64,000 bases of DNA, taken from a virus (Duplodnaviria; Caudoviricetes). The DNA lies in IMG/VR virus record IMGVR_UViG_3300031853_000006, positions 1-64,000 of that record, one strand, 5' to 3'. Shown here in pieces: positions 48,534 through 58,569 of the stretch. How positions within the stretch are numbered: the first letter of the stretch is position 1; each line of letters begins with the position of its first letter. The notes beneath the pieces are model-generated. The model made no database searches. It saw only the letters and a list, made by a program, of their open reading frames with translations, and was not told where the DNA came from. A program made the translations under genes and the position numbers.

Positions 48534-50141
48534 ATGGAGTTTGCAAAGACTTTTTGCAAACCTGGAGCGTGCATAGCAGTAACGCCCGTAGGTTTGCAGA
48601 CAGTTCTGCAGTATAACGAAAACGGCTTGCTGCAGAAAGTACTGATCGGGTTCGGATCAGATCTCGACAATGATCGAGGTACTTACACGATCACAGATGA
48701 GGGAACTTACAAAAAGCTGTTTGAGTCTATCAGAGGTCGTGTGCCTGTGAAGATTTCGACAACCGGAGGAACCACTTGGATCTACGGAGTTATGTATTCC
48801 GATAGAATTCCGAGCGACGACGGAGTCCTTCCTGATTCGCTCTTCAAAAGCTACATTGATGACATCGTCAAGGGTGAATCATATTCGTTCTATGCAGGGT
48901 ACATTCACAGTCTTGCAGCAGCATTCCAAGGACCTGTAGTGATCCGAAATTACTTGAGTATGGCAGGATTCAACGATCTTCCTCAGGTACTTGTCCCAGT
49001 TACGCTTACTGATAACACAATCGAGGGAGCATTACATTCTACTAAGACTCCGTTTAACAAGAATTTCATAGCAGGATTCTTTGTCTTTGAAGATATGAAA
49101 TGCAGATATGCCCCTCTCGGGTTGAAGCAGATCACTGTAACTAAAGATCCCGAAATTGAGATTGGTCCTGATGGGTGCTGGAAAGGTACAGTAGTCGGAG
49201 CTAACGAATCTATTGTATTCAATTATTCAGCTATTAAGCATCATCAGGTAGGCAAGGGAGCTACGCTACTGTTGCAGCAGATCAATGAACATCATCATGA
49301 CATCATTTCAACTCGAGTTGGATCTGATGCAGAACTAGTTAAGCTCGGAGTAGGCGCTGAAGTAAAATGCCCTGTATGCGGAAAGGTATGCAGAGTAGGA
49401 GCAGACGACGCTGCATATCGATGTGACGATCCTCACTGCGTATCACATATGTATACAGATACACAGAAGATGCTTAAAGCGTTGAAACTTGCGGAATTGT
49501 CTTTTGAAGAGTATAAGAAAGCAGTTGACCAGAAAGACATACAATGCCTAACAGATGTGTTAGCACTGCCTCAGTATAAAGATGAAAAGATCCAAGTTAC
49601 ATTGGCTTCAGCACTTTACGCTGTGATTCCATTTACACCTTTTGAGCTTCTTGAAAAGTTTGCAAATAAGTGCAACAACAAGGTAGAAACAGTTGTATAT
49701 TATATCGAAAATCCGTTAAGGATTGAAACAGATTTAGACATCACAGAAGTAGCGGTAGCTAGATTAGTTAAGTGGTTAGAGGATCCGTATAATATCACAA
49801 CACTTACGACTATTTTCGACATTGTTGAAATCGAGGAGAAGGAACAGAAGTTTGATGGCGCTCCCATCTTCCGAGGTAACAAGATTGCAATAACTGGAAG
49901 GTTCAAAAGAGGAGACCTTCCCGAAATTGAAGCAATTCTCAGAAGCTACTCTGCGGAAGTTACTACATCGATCAATGTAGGAGATGATCTTCCAGATGTA
50001 GTTGTAACTGGCGGAACCGCTGAAGGTATTTCTGGTCAGGTTATTCAGAAAGCTAAAGTTCATGGCATTCCGATCTACGAAGAGGACGATTTTTTCATCC
50101 GCTACGAAATAGATCAAGACCTGGCGAGCAACCTTCTATAG
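48534..50141 (+). CDS. NAD-dependent DNA ligase-like protein, catalytic motifs degenerate
   Basis: CPVCG-x13-C-x4-C Zn finger, C-terminal BRCT (FRGNKIAITG...KAKVHGIPIYEEDDF); motif I reads TPVG instead of KxDG. Confidence 0.7.
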   Translation: MEFAKTFCKPGACIAVTPVGLQTVLQYNENGLLQKVLIGFGSDLDNDRGTYTITDEGTYKKLFESIRGRVPVKISTTGGTTWIYGVMYSDRIPSDDGVLPDSLFKSYIDDIVKGESYSFYAGYIHSLAAAFQGPVVIRNYLSMAGFNDLPQVLVPVTLTDNTIEGALHSTKTPFNKNFIAGFFVFEDMKCRYAPLGLKQITVTKDPEIEIGPDGCWKGTVVGANESIVFNYSAIKHHQVGKGATLLLQQINEHHHDIISTRVGSDAELVKLGVGAEVKCPVCGKVCRVGADDAAYRCDDPHCVSHMYTDTQKMLKALKLAELSFEEYKKAVDQKDIQCLTDVLALPQYKDEKIQVTLASALYAVIPFTPFELLEKFANKCNNKVETVVYYIENPLRIETDLDITEVAVARLVKWLEDPYNITTLTTIFDIVEIEEKEQKFDGAPIFRGNKIAITGRFKRGDLPEIEAILRSYSAEVTTSINVGDDLPDVVVTGGTAEGISGQVIQKAKVHGIPIYEEDDFFIRYEIDQDLASNLL

Positions 50142-50161
50142 TTGATGGAGGTTAACTACAT

Positions 50162-51667
50162 ATGGCGACATGGTTAGATAAAATACTACGACGCTCCGAA
50201 AGGGCTCAGAGAGAAGCAGGTCCGATAACCTCGATGCTTCGACAGATAGTCGGAGGGTCATTCTACAAGGTATCAGCTCTCAAGGGTGATTCAAGCGTCA
50301 ATACAATCAGAACGCAGATTGATACAATGAGAGCTCTTGCTCAAGATTCGCAGATAGCAACAGCTTTATCATATTATGCGACAGATGCAACCACACTCAA
50401 TTCTTCTGGTCAGATCATCTGGGCAACTGCAACTGAGTCAGGTTATCAAGAAATCGCAGATATAGTCAACACAAAGTTTACTGAATGGAAGATCAACACA
50501 TATGCACGTGATCACATTCTGGAACTTGCGACGATAGGTAACTTGTACCTTCCGACTACTAAGCTGTATCGAGAGCAGGGTGAACACGTACAAGGGAAAG
50601 AGCTAGTTTCCTTAGATAGTAATACTGTCCGTAATGACTTGTATGAAATTATTACCTCTACAAAGATTCCTCCAGAAGACGTCGTCCACTTATGGTACAA
50701 GGGTAAGCCGCAAGGTTACGCAATCCAGGAGAATTCAGATAGCGGAGAGGCGGTTAGGTATGACGAGAATGCTGTTATACATTTCACATTAGGTGGACTG
50801 TTAGGCGATTATACGCTTCCGGGTCGTAACGCAGATGGCGAGGACATAGATTTCGACATTCAGTTCGGACAGCCGCTCATGGCTGCTGCAACACAGCCCA
50901 CACAGACACTTAACTTGCTCGAAGATGCACTTGTCCTTTCGTCCCTCACTCGAATAGTCAGATTCATCAATGTAGAATGTGGAAATTCTGAGGAGGAAGA
51001 AATACAAGCGACCCTGCAGCAGATAAAAGATATGATAGAGCAGCAGCTTTCTATCAATACGTCGACAGGCGATGCACAGAGCTTCGTCAATCCGCAGAGT
51101 CCAAATAACTTAATTTACTTGCCTAAGATCAACGGACAAGATGCAATTTCAGTATTAGATATGAATATGGCAGAGGCAACCGACGCTGACAACAAGCTGC
51201 TTGACTACTATCAGGACAAGAAGCTGTCTGTGCTAGGTGTGCCGAAAGAAGCCATGAACTTCTCATCTGCAGAGGGACTCGGAGGTGCCGGAGCAGTTAT
51301 GTCACAGAGATCTGCTCTTTATGGAAACTCATTACAGCGTATCGAAACAGCCTACATGGAGGGTTGGAAGAACGCAATGAACATGTATTTTGTAGAGCAT
51401 GGGTTTAGCGGATACCAAGATAAGTTCGTACTTCACATGAATCCGATTATCACTCAGCTCAGTACCGTCAATTCAGAGAGACGCGATAGCACGCTTGGTC
51501 AGGCTTCGACAATGACGGAATTGCTCAAATCCTTAGGAGTATCTGATGAGGCACCGTATAGGAAAGCCCTCACCGAGATCCTATCCGAAGTGTTCCCTGA
51601 AACGGGTTCAGATGCTAATACATGGAACATTCAAGTAGAGTCAGGAGGTGAGGAAGGTGAGTTCTAA
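50162..51667 (+). CDS. portal protein (T4 gp20-like)
   Basis: Size and position; IATALSYYATDAT, EDALVL-x-x-L-x-R, YYQDKKLSVLGVPK. Confidence 0.75.
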   Translation: MATWLDKILRRSERAQREAGPITSMLRQIVGGSFYKVSALKGDSSVNTIRTQIDTMRALAQDSQIATALSYYATDATTLNSSGQIIWATATESGYQEIADIVNTKFTEWKINTYARDHILELATIGNLYLPTTKLYREQGEHVQGKELVSLDSNTVRNDLYEIITSTKIPPEDVVHLWYKGKPQGYAIQENSDSGEAVRYDENAVIHFTLGGLLGDYTLPGRNADGEDIDFDIQFGQPLMAAATQPTQTLNLLEDALVLSSLTRIVRFINVECGNSEEEEIQATLQQIKDMIEQQLSINTSTGDAQSFVNPQSPNNLIYLPKINGQDAISVLDMNMAEATDADNKLLDYYQDKKLSVLGVPKEAMNFSSAEGLGGAGAVMSQRSALYGNSLQRIETAYMEGWKNAMNMYFVEHGFSGYQDKFVLHMNPIITQLSTVNSERRDSTLGQASTMTELLKSLGVSDEAPYRKALTEILSEVFPETGSDANTWNIQVESGGEEGEF

Positions 51668-51668
51668 T

Positions 51669-52082
51669 ATGAAATCTTCAAAAGAGTTAGTTAACATCTT
51701 CTTCAGAGACCTCAAGCGTTATAATCAAACAAACTTCAAAACGATTGAGAAAGCAGATCTCAGTAAGCAAGATGCAACAGTTCATAAAGCATTTAGCTCT
51801 GTAGTAACTAGGTACTTCATATTCAAAGAGAAACATCCGGAAGTTTCAGAAGTGGAACACAGGATGCTCTATTTCAAGCTAAAGCTCGACATGGTAGCAA
51901 GCTATTTCTCAGAGTATCCAGACACATCAACTGATAACTTGGTTGCATTTCAGCTTGAACTCAAGAAGTACATCAAGGAGAGCAAGCATAATCCGGATGA
52001 AGGAGAAGAGATAAAAGATGGACAAGAAACTGCACTATCAGATATCCAGTTGGGATCAGATAACGGAATGCCTGTCGAATAA
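51669..52082 (+). CDS. hypothetical protein
   Basis: ORF after portal. Confidence 0.65.
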   Translation: MKSSKELVNIFFRDLKRYNQTNFKTIEKADLSKQDATVHKAFSSVVTRYFIFKEKHPEVSEVEHRMLYFKLKLDMVASYFSEYPDTSTDNLVAFQLELKKYIKESKHNPDEGEEIKDGQETALSDIQLGSDNGMPVE

Positions 52083-52752
52083 TAGCAGGAACCTCTATCT
52101 GAATCTGATTAAACTAATGGACGGGCCTCACATCAAAGGTGAGGTCCTCCAAGTAAATCATGCTTCGTATGGCACATTGTTTGCAGCAATGATCATGGGG
52201 CATGGTGAGCTAGTTACAGAGTTTGACGAGGATGGCAACGCAATTCCTTTCCTCTCAACAGATGAAATTCTCAAACAGATTGAAAAATTCGGCTTCTATG
52301 TTATCTACGATGTTAAGAGTAATCTACCGATGAATGTAATCACATTCCTTCAGGAACTATACGAATTCGGATATGACAAGATTACACGTATTGTAGTAAG
52401 CACAAAGAGCAAAGAGTCAGGATCTCTTATATGGAGACCTCAAGTCATTGCAATCAAGTCACAGTTTAATTCTGATTTACTTTCATACGGTGCAAAGATC
52501 ACTGAGAAAGTATTCAAGAACAAGTTAGCTGATAACACTATCATGAATCTATCTTACGAAGCAGATATGAAGTGGGACTGGCTGACCTATATCGCTAACA
52601 TAGCTGACTTGCTTGAAGAGAACATAGATCCACGAGATGATATTGCAGAGTTGCACTCATTAGATCCGTTTGATCCGATTCATAACGAGGGCTTGACTCC
52701 GTACACAGACCCAGAAGAACCTGACGAAGAATCTCAAGAGGAGGGCAACTGA
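52018..52752 (+). CDS. hypothetical protein
   Basis: ORF in the structural operon. Confidence 0.7.
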   Translation: MDKKLHYQISSWDQITECLSNNSRNLYLNLIKLMDGPHIKGEVLQVNHASYGTLFAAMIMGHGELVTEFDEDGNAIPFLSTDEILKQIEKFGFYVIYDVKSNLPMNVITFLQELYEFGYDKITRIVVSTKSKESGSLIWRPQVIAIKSQFNSDLLSYGAKITEKVFKNKLADNTIMNLSYEADMKWDWLTYIANIADLLEENIDPRDDIAELHSLDPFDPIHNEGLTPYTDPEEPDEESQEEGN

Positions 52753-53303
52753 TGTCGTTGAATAATCTGATAGGCCCAGATATAAAACTGATGAGAGCAC
52801 GCTATGATGAAGCGTTACAGCTTCAGGGCATACCAGTTACTTATCAATATCCTAATTTACCTGATACTAACGCTCAAAGCGAATCGGTAGTAGACGCTTA
52901 TTCAGAGCCGATTGAAACTAGCATATTCTTTGAAGGTAATCCTAAAGTAAGGACATTCAAAAGGCTCGGATGGGTAGTTGAAAACGCACAGGACTTACCT
53001 GCCCTAATACATTGTAGTTTCAACTTACCGCATGTACAGCGTGACAGTATCTTCAGGATCGCAGGGCAGTATTCCGAATTACCTGATAGGATATTCCGAG
53101 TAACTGAAATAACATATGATGCACAAAGTCCTGATCACTTGGTGTGCCAGATTGTTCCCATAAACGGAACAGAAGAACAGATAGTAGGCCGTACAAAAGT
53201 AGAAGTAAAGAAAACATTCAATACTTCAAACCATTTCTTGAAGTCCGAACTAGATTACAGAGGTAATCAGCATATGACTGTAGAAGAAACAGAGGAGAGA
53301 TAA
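52752..53303 (+). CDS. putative head-closure/neck protein
   Basis: Position before sheath; LKRLGW-like and IFRVTEI-like beta-strand motifs. Confidence 0.45.
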   Translation: MSLNNLIGPDIKLMRARYDEALQLQGIPVTYQYPNLPDTNAQSESVVDAYSEPIETSIFFEGNPKVRTFKRLGWVVENAQDLPALIHCSFNLPHVQRDSIFRIAGQYSELPDRIFRVTEITYDAQSPDHLVCQIVPINGTEEQIVGRTKVEVKKTFNTSNHFLKSELDYRGNQHMTVEETEER

Positions 53304-53307
53304 TTCT

Positions 53308-53928
53308 ATGTTATGGGCATATGATGACGCAATTGTCAAAGACTTATCAGATTGTATAGACCCTTCGGGAGAAGCAAACAACACTGTCCGAGTGATGGGT
53401 GAAGAAGGCATCATGGGAGTAATGGGTCAGCTGCAAGACGATAGAATTACTTTTCCCGCTATATTTCTAGATCGACATGCAGATACTCCGCTTGATCCTA
53501 GCAGATACAACTTTACTCGTATGAAGAAAGGAGTACCTGCTGTATTTGATCCAGAAGAGAATAACATCTATCTAGAGAAGTCAGTGCCCATTTCACTCAA
53601 ATATGATTTGCATGTGTTAACAACTAATACTGTTGACATGGACGAGCTAATGCGAGAGATTCTATTTCGGTACAGTTCTCTCTATTATATAACAATGGAA
53701 GTGCCATATGAATCTAAACGTAAGATCAGATTCGGTGTTGCAATCAATCCTGATACTTCTATCTCTCGCAAGTCAGGCACTGCAGAGTATCTTGAAAACG
53801 GCAGACTTTACGAATCAATCATGGAACTAGAGTGCCAAGGGGCAGTGTTAATACACTATACTCCTAGGCATATGGAACGGGTTGTTCTGGATCATAATAT
53901 CCAGATCAAGAACCCCGAAGAACCTTAA
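53308..53928 (+). CDS. putative tail terminator/completion protein
   Basis: YDDAI, ITFPAI, VPISLKYDL...MDELMREI pattern; position. Confidence 0.5.
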   Translation: MLWAYDDAIVKDLSDCIDPSGEANNTVRVMGEEGIMGVMGQLQDDRITFPAIFLDRHADTPLDPSRYNFTRMKKGVPAVFDPEENNIYLEKSVPISLKYDLHVLTTNTVDMDELMREILFRYSSLYYITMEVPYESKRKIRFGVAINPDTSISRKSGTAEYLENGRLYESIMELECQGAVLIHYTPRHMERVVLDHNIQIKNPEEP

Positions 53929-53950
53929 ATAAAAAGGAAGAGGTGATTCA

Positions 53951-54247
53951 ATGTTATACAAAAATGTATCCAGCTCCGTTAAAACTTTTCACGGAAAAGA
54001 ATTTCAACCTGGACAGATTCAAGAAGTAGACAAGTATATCAATAACAAATTCATGATATTGGTAGACGAACAGCAGAACACCCAAAAGGAAAACAAACCG
54101 CAGAAGGAACCGTCTTCTGAACAGTCTAAGAAGGACACTCCTAAGAAAGAAGATCCTAAGCCCGATGTGTCAACAGAGGCTAAAGAAGAGTCAAAAGATA
54201 ATCAGAAAGAGAATCAAAAAGACTCTAAAGACTCGAAGAAGGCGTAA
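53951..54247 (+). CDS. small protein with Lys/Glu-rich tail
   Basis: ORF with RBS; AACCTT motif at 53921. Confidence 0.65.
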   Translation: MLYKNVSSSVKTFHGKEFQPGQIQEVDKYINNKFMILVDEQQNTQKENKPQKEPSSEQSKKDTPKKEDPKPDVSTEAKEESKDNQKENQKDSKDSKKA

Positions 54248-54321
54248 CGATTAGCAATCAGACGAGTGTTTGTCTTAAACAAAACGTAACATATTAACTA
54301 CAGTATTAAGGAGGAAGGTTC

Positions 54322-56148
54322 ATGGCTAAGATAACCATCAATGAAATCTCCAAGAACTATACTTACTCTAGCGGTACTAGTTCATTTTGCTCAGTAGCTC
54401 TGCCAATGACGGCAAGCTGGGGACCTGCATTTGAGGATCCCAAAGCAGCAGGACAGGATCTTGCAACAATGCTAGAGACTACTGCATTCCAGCATTTCGC
54501 ATCTACTCAGGAAGGTCTGGAAGCATTTACAGCAACTTATAGAGGACCCGCTGCTAACTACAGATCAGCAAAGGATTACTCATACCAGATTGCGCTCACG
54601 TTGCTTACAATAGGATATGATCTTGATGTATGCCGTGTATGTGCAGGATCACACGCGTCAGGAAGATTTGATGCAACAATCGGATCATCAGCTGGATCGC
54701 TTACACTTAGAGCAAAGTACCCAGGATCATTTGGTAATAACCTGATCGGTGCTTTTTCAAAAGTAAACGGAAGAAACTACTGGAACCTTATCACTTATGT
54801 TGTTGATTCAACAGGTGCTAAGTCCGCAGTAGAGAATCTCGTGTTTGTGTTCGACATCGAGAACTCAACAGACACTATTCCGCATGTTTCTGAGATTGAG
54901 TCAGCATTCTTTGATCTGATTGTAGACGGAATTGACACAGACGACGATGTAGTATTCAACGCCGAAACAGTTACACTTGAAGGTGGATCCGATCGTCTTG
55001 CAGATGACGCCGCGGACGTAATGATGGATAGCGCTATTGCGCTTGCAACAACACGTTACGGACTTGTTTCTGCATCAGATCCGACTGATTACCTTGCAAC
55101 ACTCAACAATGTAAAAGCATCAAACCCGTCGGTATCAAAAGCATCAACAATCCGCTACATGGAGTGGAACTACAATGCAGCTTATTACGTACTTGAGATA
55201 CTTACAGATAAGCTTGCATACAATCATAAGAGAATGATCCTTCCCGGATGGGATGACCAGAACTTCGAGTTCCTAACAGGTGAACAGGTAGCAAGAATCG
55301 GAAGCATTTCACCGCTTCACGCAAGAATGATGAATGTAGCAGCACAGACCAGATGCGCATGTGCATTGCTTGATATTCCGAAATCACTTCTTAGATCCGG
55401 CGTATGGAACGACTCAACAGTTCCTACACAGGAAGGCTACGCACAGAAGATCGGCAGATACGTTCCTGATTCATCGATCAGCTCAGACGGATTGTTCCAG
55501 ACACACAGTGCATTGTTTGCACCTTGGTGCCAGTACAAATACGTAGGCACAGCAAGAAATAATCCGGCTCCGCCGGCATTCCTCGCACTGATGCTTCAGA
55601 TCTCAATGCTCAAGAATCAGTCACTTCAGTACGAGTGGGCTATGCCGACAACAAGAAAACATAATCTTGTAATCGGCGCACCTGATTACAAAGTGCCGAA
55701 GAAGCTGTTGGATCAGTGGCAGGGAGAAAGTGGAGTAAGCCTAAACATCATAACACCTATCCCGGATCAGGGCATGACCTTATGGGGCAACAGTACGGTT
55801 TTCGACCTCCCCGTAGCAACTTATCAGGCGCTTGCAAACCTGTCATCTAGATATCTTCTCGACGCCGTCGAAGATGTCGTTTACAGATGTGGTATCGGGA
55901 TTACCTTCCAGTATAACAACGAGGAAGCATACAGCAAGTTCTACGCGGGGGTATCTCCTTTATGCGATACTATGAAAGCAGTTGGTGCTATCACGTCTTA
56001 TAATATTACAATGTCCAAAGATATCAACGGATTGGATTCAGTCAATTTGAATTCTGTAGTTGGTGTCGTGGAACTTTATGTAGAAGGTATTATTACATCG
56101 ATTACTTGCGACCTGGTAGTACTCCCCGCAGGTACAGAAGGGGCTTAA
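54322..56148 (+). CDS. contractile tail sheath protein
   Basis: AKITINEI, WGP, AKYPGSFGN, APW, LWGNST, RYLL-x-x-VE typical of sheath proteins. Confidence 0.85.
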   Translation: MAKITINEISKNYTYSSGTSSFCSVALPMTASWGPAFEDPKAAGQDLATMLETTAFQHFASTQEGLEAFTATYRGPAANYRSAKDYSYQIALTLLTIGYDLDVCRVCAGSHASGRFDATIGSSAGSLTLRAKYPGSFGNNLIGAFSKVNGRNYWNLITYVVDSTGAKSAVENLVFVFDIENSTDTIPHVSEIESAFFDLIVDGIDTDDDVVFNAETVTLEGGSDRLADDAADVMMDSAIALATTRYGLVSASDPTDYLATLNNVKASNPSVSKASTIRYMEWNYNAAYYVLEILTDKLAYNHKRMILPGWDDQNFEFLTGEQVARIGSISPLHARMMNVAAQTRCACALLDIPKSLLRSGVWNDSTVPTQEGYAQKIGRYVPDSSISSDGLFQTHSALFAPWCQYKYVGTARNNPAPPAFLALMLQISMLKNQSLQYEWAMPTTRKHNLVIGAPDYKVPKKLLDQWQGESGVSLNIITPIPDQGMTLWGNSTVFDLPVATYQALANLSSRYLLDAVEDVVYRCGIGITFQYNNEEAYSKFYAGVSPLCDTMKAVGAITSYNITMSKDINGLDSVNLNSVVGVVELYVEGIITSITCDLVVLPAGTEGA

Positions 56149-56181
56149 GTAACCTACAACGTACTTCAAGTTAATTCAATC

Positions 56182-56218
56182 AGAGCGAAGCTTATAAAAG
56201 AGCTTCGCTCTTTTTTTT
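56182..56218 (+). terminator. rho-independent terminator
   Basis: AGAGCGAAGCT/AGCTTCGCTCT stem plus 8 T. Confidence 0.85.
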
Positions 56219-56228
56219 GAAAAAACAG

Positions 56229-56257
56229 TTGACAAAATTGCAAATACATATTATAAT
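56229..56257 (+). promoter_or_regulatory. sigma70/sigmaA-type promoter
   Basis: TTGACA-17 nt-TATAAT. Confidence 0.85.
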
Positions 56258-56312
56258 TCTTACACAATGTTAACTAGTCCTACTATTCTGTTAAAGTAAG
56301 GAGGAATATAAT

Positions 56313-58568
56313 ATGCCTAAAGCAATCAATCTAACTAGCACACAAGTAGAAGAACTGAAACAGCTAATTGCAGACGGCACTACACAGCAAAACGCTTGCA
56401 AACATTTTGGAATCTCCGAAAGTAAGTTAGCAGCTATTTGCAAAGAGAATAACATTGAACGCAAGTGGGTTAGAGAATATACTTGTGTTCTGTGCGGAAA
56501 GGTCTTCAAGGCATCTCATAAATCTGCTATATGTCCTGAATGCAAAGCTACTCCGAATGTGTGTGTAATCTGCGGAAAAGCATTCCCAAAGAAGTATTTC
56601 CCTTACAATCAAAAGACGTGTTCCGCTAAATGTCGAGGAGCATACAGAGCTCAATCCGGCACCGCAAAAGCAGGAGCACAGAAAATGAAAGAAACTAAAA
56701 TGGAGCGCTACGGCACGCTAGATCCTGCGGAAGTAACTAAGAAGAAAAAGGGAGGAGAACTTGATCCCAAGATCTGCCCATTGTGTGGAAAAGAATTTGT
56801 ACCGGATACTCCTAGACAAGTCTACTGCAAAGATGTTCATTATGTTCCCTGTCCGGTCTGTGGCAAGATGACAGAACTCAAAGATATTTCTATAGGCCCT
56901 CAGGCTTGCTCAGAAGGATGTAGAATGGCAAGGATCAATCAAACTTGCCTAGAGCGATACGGGAATAAGGACGCAGTCAATTCGGAGCACGCGAAGAAAC
57001 TGGGAAAGCAAACATCGCTTAGAAAGTATGGCAAAGAATATTACATGCAGACTGATAAAGCGAAGCAGCATTACAAAGATGTTATCCAAGAGAGATATGG
57101 AGTCACAGCTCCTATAGCATATCCAGAATTCAAGGAGAAGGCTAAGCGGACTAATCTGGAGAAGTATGGAACAGAGTATGCTTCACAGTCTGAAGAGATA
57201 AAAGAAAAGGTTAGACAGACTAATCAAGAGCTCTATGGTGGGGCAGGCTTCGCTTCGCCTATATTACGCAAGCGCATAACAGAAACAAACAAAGAGCGGT
57301 ATGGAGTAGAATTTCCAGTGAGCAGCCCAGAAATCCGACAGAAGATATCTCAGTCCCTTCGTGATAATTATGGAGTAGATAACTTCTGGAAAACCAAAGA
57401 AGACTTAGCAAGACGGATCAAAGATCCAAGAAAGATTGACGATTACTACGCATTTAAGCAAGATCCTAGAGGGTATGTAGAAAGCCATTACGAAGATAAA
57501 CCTCCAATCTATGTACTAGCAGATGATCTGGGAGTCACAGATACGCCCATTTATGATATACTCATCAACGCGAAATGTCAAGATGTAATAGATAGAACTA
57601 AACAGTCTAGCATGGAGTATGAAATCGAGCACTTATTGCGAAAGCTGGTGCCCGATGCAGAGATATGGGTCAATTGTAGACGAGTTCTTCCTGAAAATAA
57701 AGAGATTGATTTCTACTTGCCAGAATACAAATTCGGCATTGAATGTAATCCAACTATCACGCATAATTCTACAGTGTCTGCATGGAACCCTGGAGTAGAT
57801 CCCGCGCTGCCCGTCAGTTATCATAAACAGAAATCAGAACAAGCCATGCAGGTAGGCGTGTTCCTATTTCATATATTTGGATATGAATGGACAAACAAAC
57901 GAGCCATAATAGAATCAATGATTGCAAATATCTTAGGCAAAAATACAAATAAGGTCTATGCGAGGAATACACAGATAATACAAGTAGACGCGCCGACGGC
58001 TAAGAAGTTTCTAGACGATAATCACCGCCAAGGAGGGACTAACGCACCTATCAGATTAGGGCTCAAAGATAAGATTACTAACGAATTAGTGAGCCTCATG
58101 ACCTTTGGAAAAACACGTCCTAGTATCGGAAAGGAGCAAGATGCATTAGATACAGATTACGAATTGATACGATTCTGCAACAAATTGGGTACATCTGTAG
58201 TCGGAGGAGCGTCGAAGTTATTTAAGCATTTCTTATCAGAATATGCCCCAACAAAAGTGATATCATTTTCTGACATAGCACATACTAAAGGAGGACTGTA
58301 CCGGACACTAGGGTTCAAGGATGTAAGTCATTCTGATCCCGGATATGTATGGGTGAAACATTACACTGACGAATACCGAAACCGTGTATCCTGCCAGAAG
58401 GCGAACCTTCTAAAAATGTTTGACGATGTGACAGAAGAGGATATTGAAACAAAGTCAGAACGAAAAATCATGATAGACCACAAATACGTACAGGTTTACG
58501 ATAGCGGAGTCATACGATGGGAGTATACTCCAGTATCGTTAAATAGTGCAGAAGATGGAGGTGAATGA
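56313..58568 (+). CDS. multidomain endonuclease-like protein (Zn ribbons, [KR]YG repeats, Vsr/PD-(D/E)xK-like nuclease, C-terminal GNAT/Mom-like domain)
   Basis: CxxC pairs; ERYG/EKYG repeats; EIDFYLPEYKFGIECN; ELIRFC...VVGGASKLF...LY-x-x-LGF. Confidence 0.7.
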   Translation: MPKAINLTSTQVEELKQLIADGTTQQNACKHFGISESKLAAICKENNIERKWVREYTCVLCGKVFKASHKSAICPECKATPNVCVICGKAFPKKYFPYNQKTCSAKCRGAYRAQSGTAKAGAQKMKETKMERYGTLDPAEVTKKKKGGELDPKICPLCGKEFVPDTPRQVYCKDVHYVPCPVCGKMTELKDISIGPQACSEGCRMARINQTCLERYGNKDAVNSEHAKKLGKQTSLRKYGKEYYMQTDKAKQHYKDVIQERYGVTAPIAYPEFKEKAKRTNLEKYGTEYASQSEEIKEKVRQTNQELYGGAGFASPILRKRITETNKERYGVEFPVSSPEIRQKISQSLRDNYGVDNFWKTKEDLARRIKDPRKIDDYYAFKQDPRGYVESHYEDKPPIYVLADDLGVTDTPIYDILINAKCQDVIDRTKQSSMEYEIEHLLRKLVPDAEIWVNCRRVLPENKEIDFYLPEYKFGIECNPTITHNSTVSAWNPGVDPALPVSYHKQKSEQAMQVGVFLFHIFGYEWTNKRAIIESMIANILGKNTNKVYARNTQIIQVDAPTAKKFLDDNHRQGGTNAPIRLGLKDKITNELVSLMTFGKTRPSIGKEQDALDTDYELIRFCNKLGTSVVGGASKLFKHFLSEYAPTKVISFSDIAHTKGGLYRTLGFKDVSHSDPGYVWVKHYTDEYRNRVSCQKANLLKMFDDVTEEDIETKSERKIMIDHKYVQVYDSGVIRWEYTPVSLNSAEDGGE

Positions 58569-58569
58569 C

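Noticed and set aside
48534-50141. Calling this gene a functional ligA
   Set aside because: The KxDG motif is absent, so the gene symbol was withheld.
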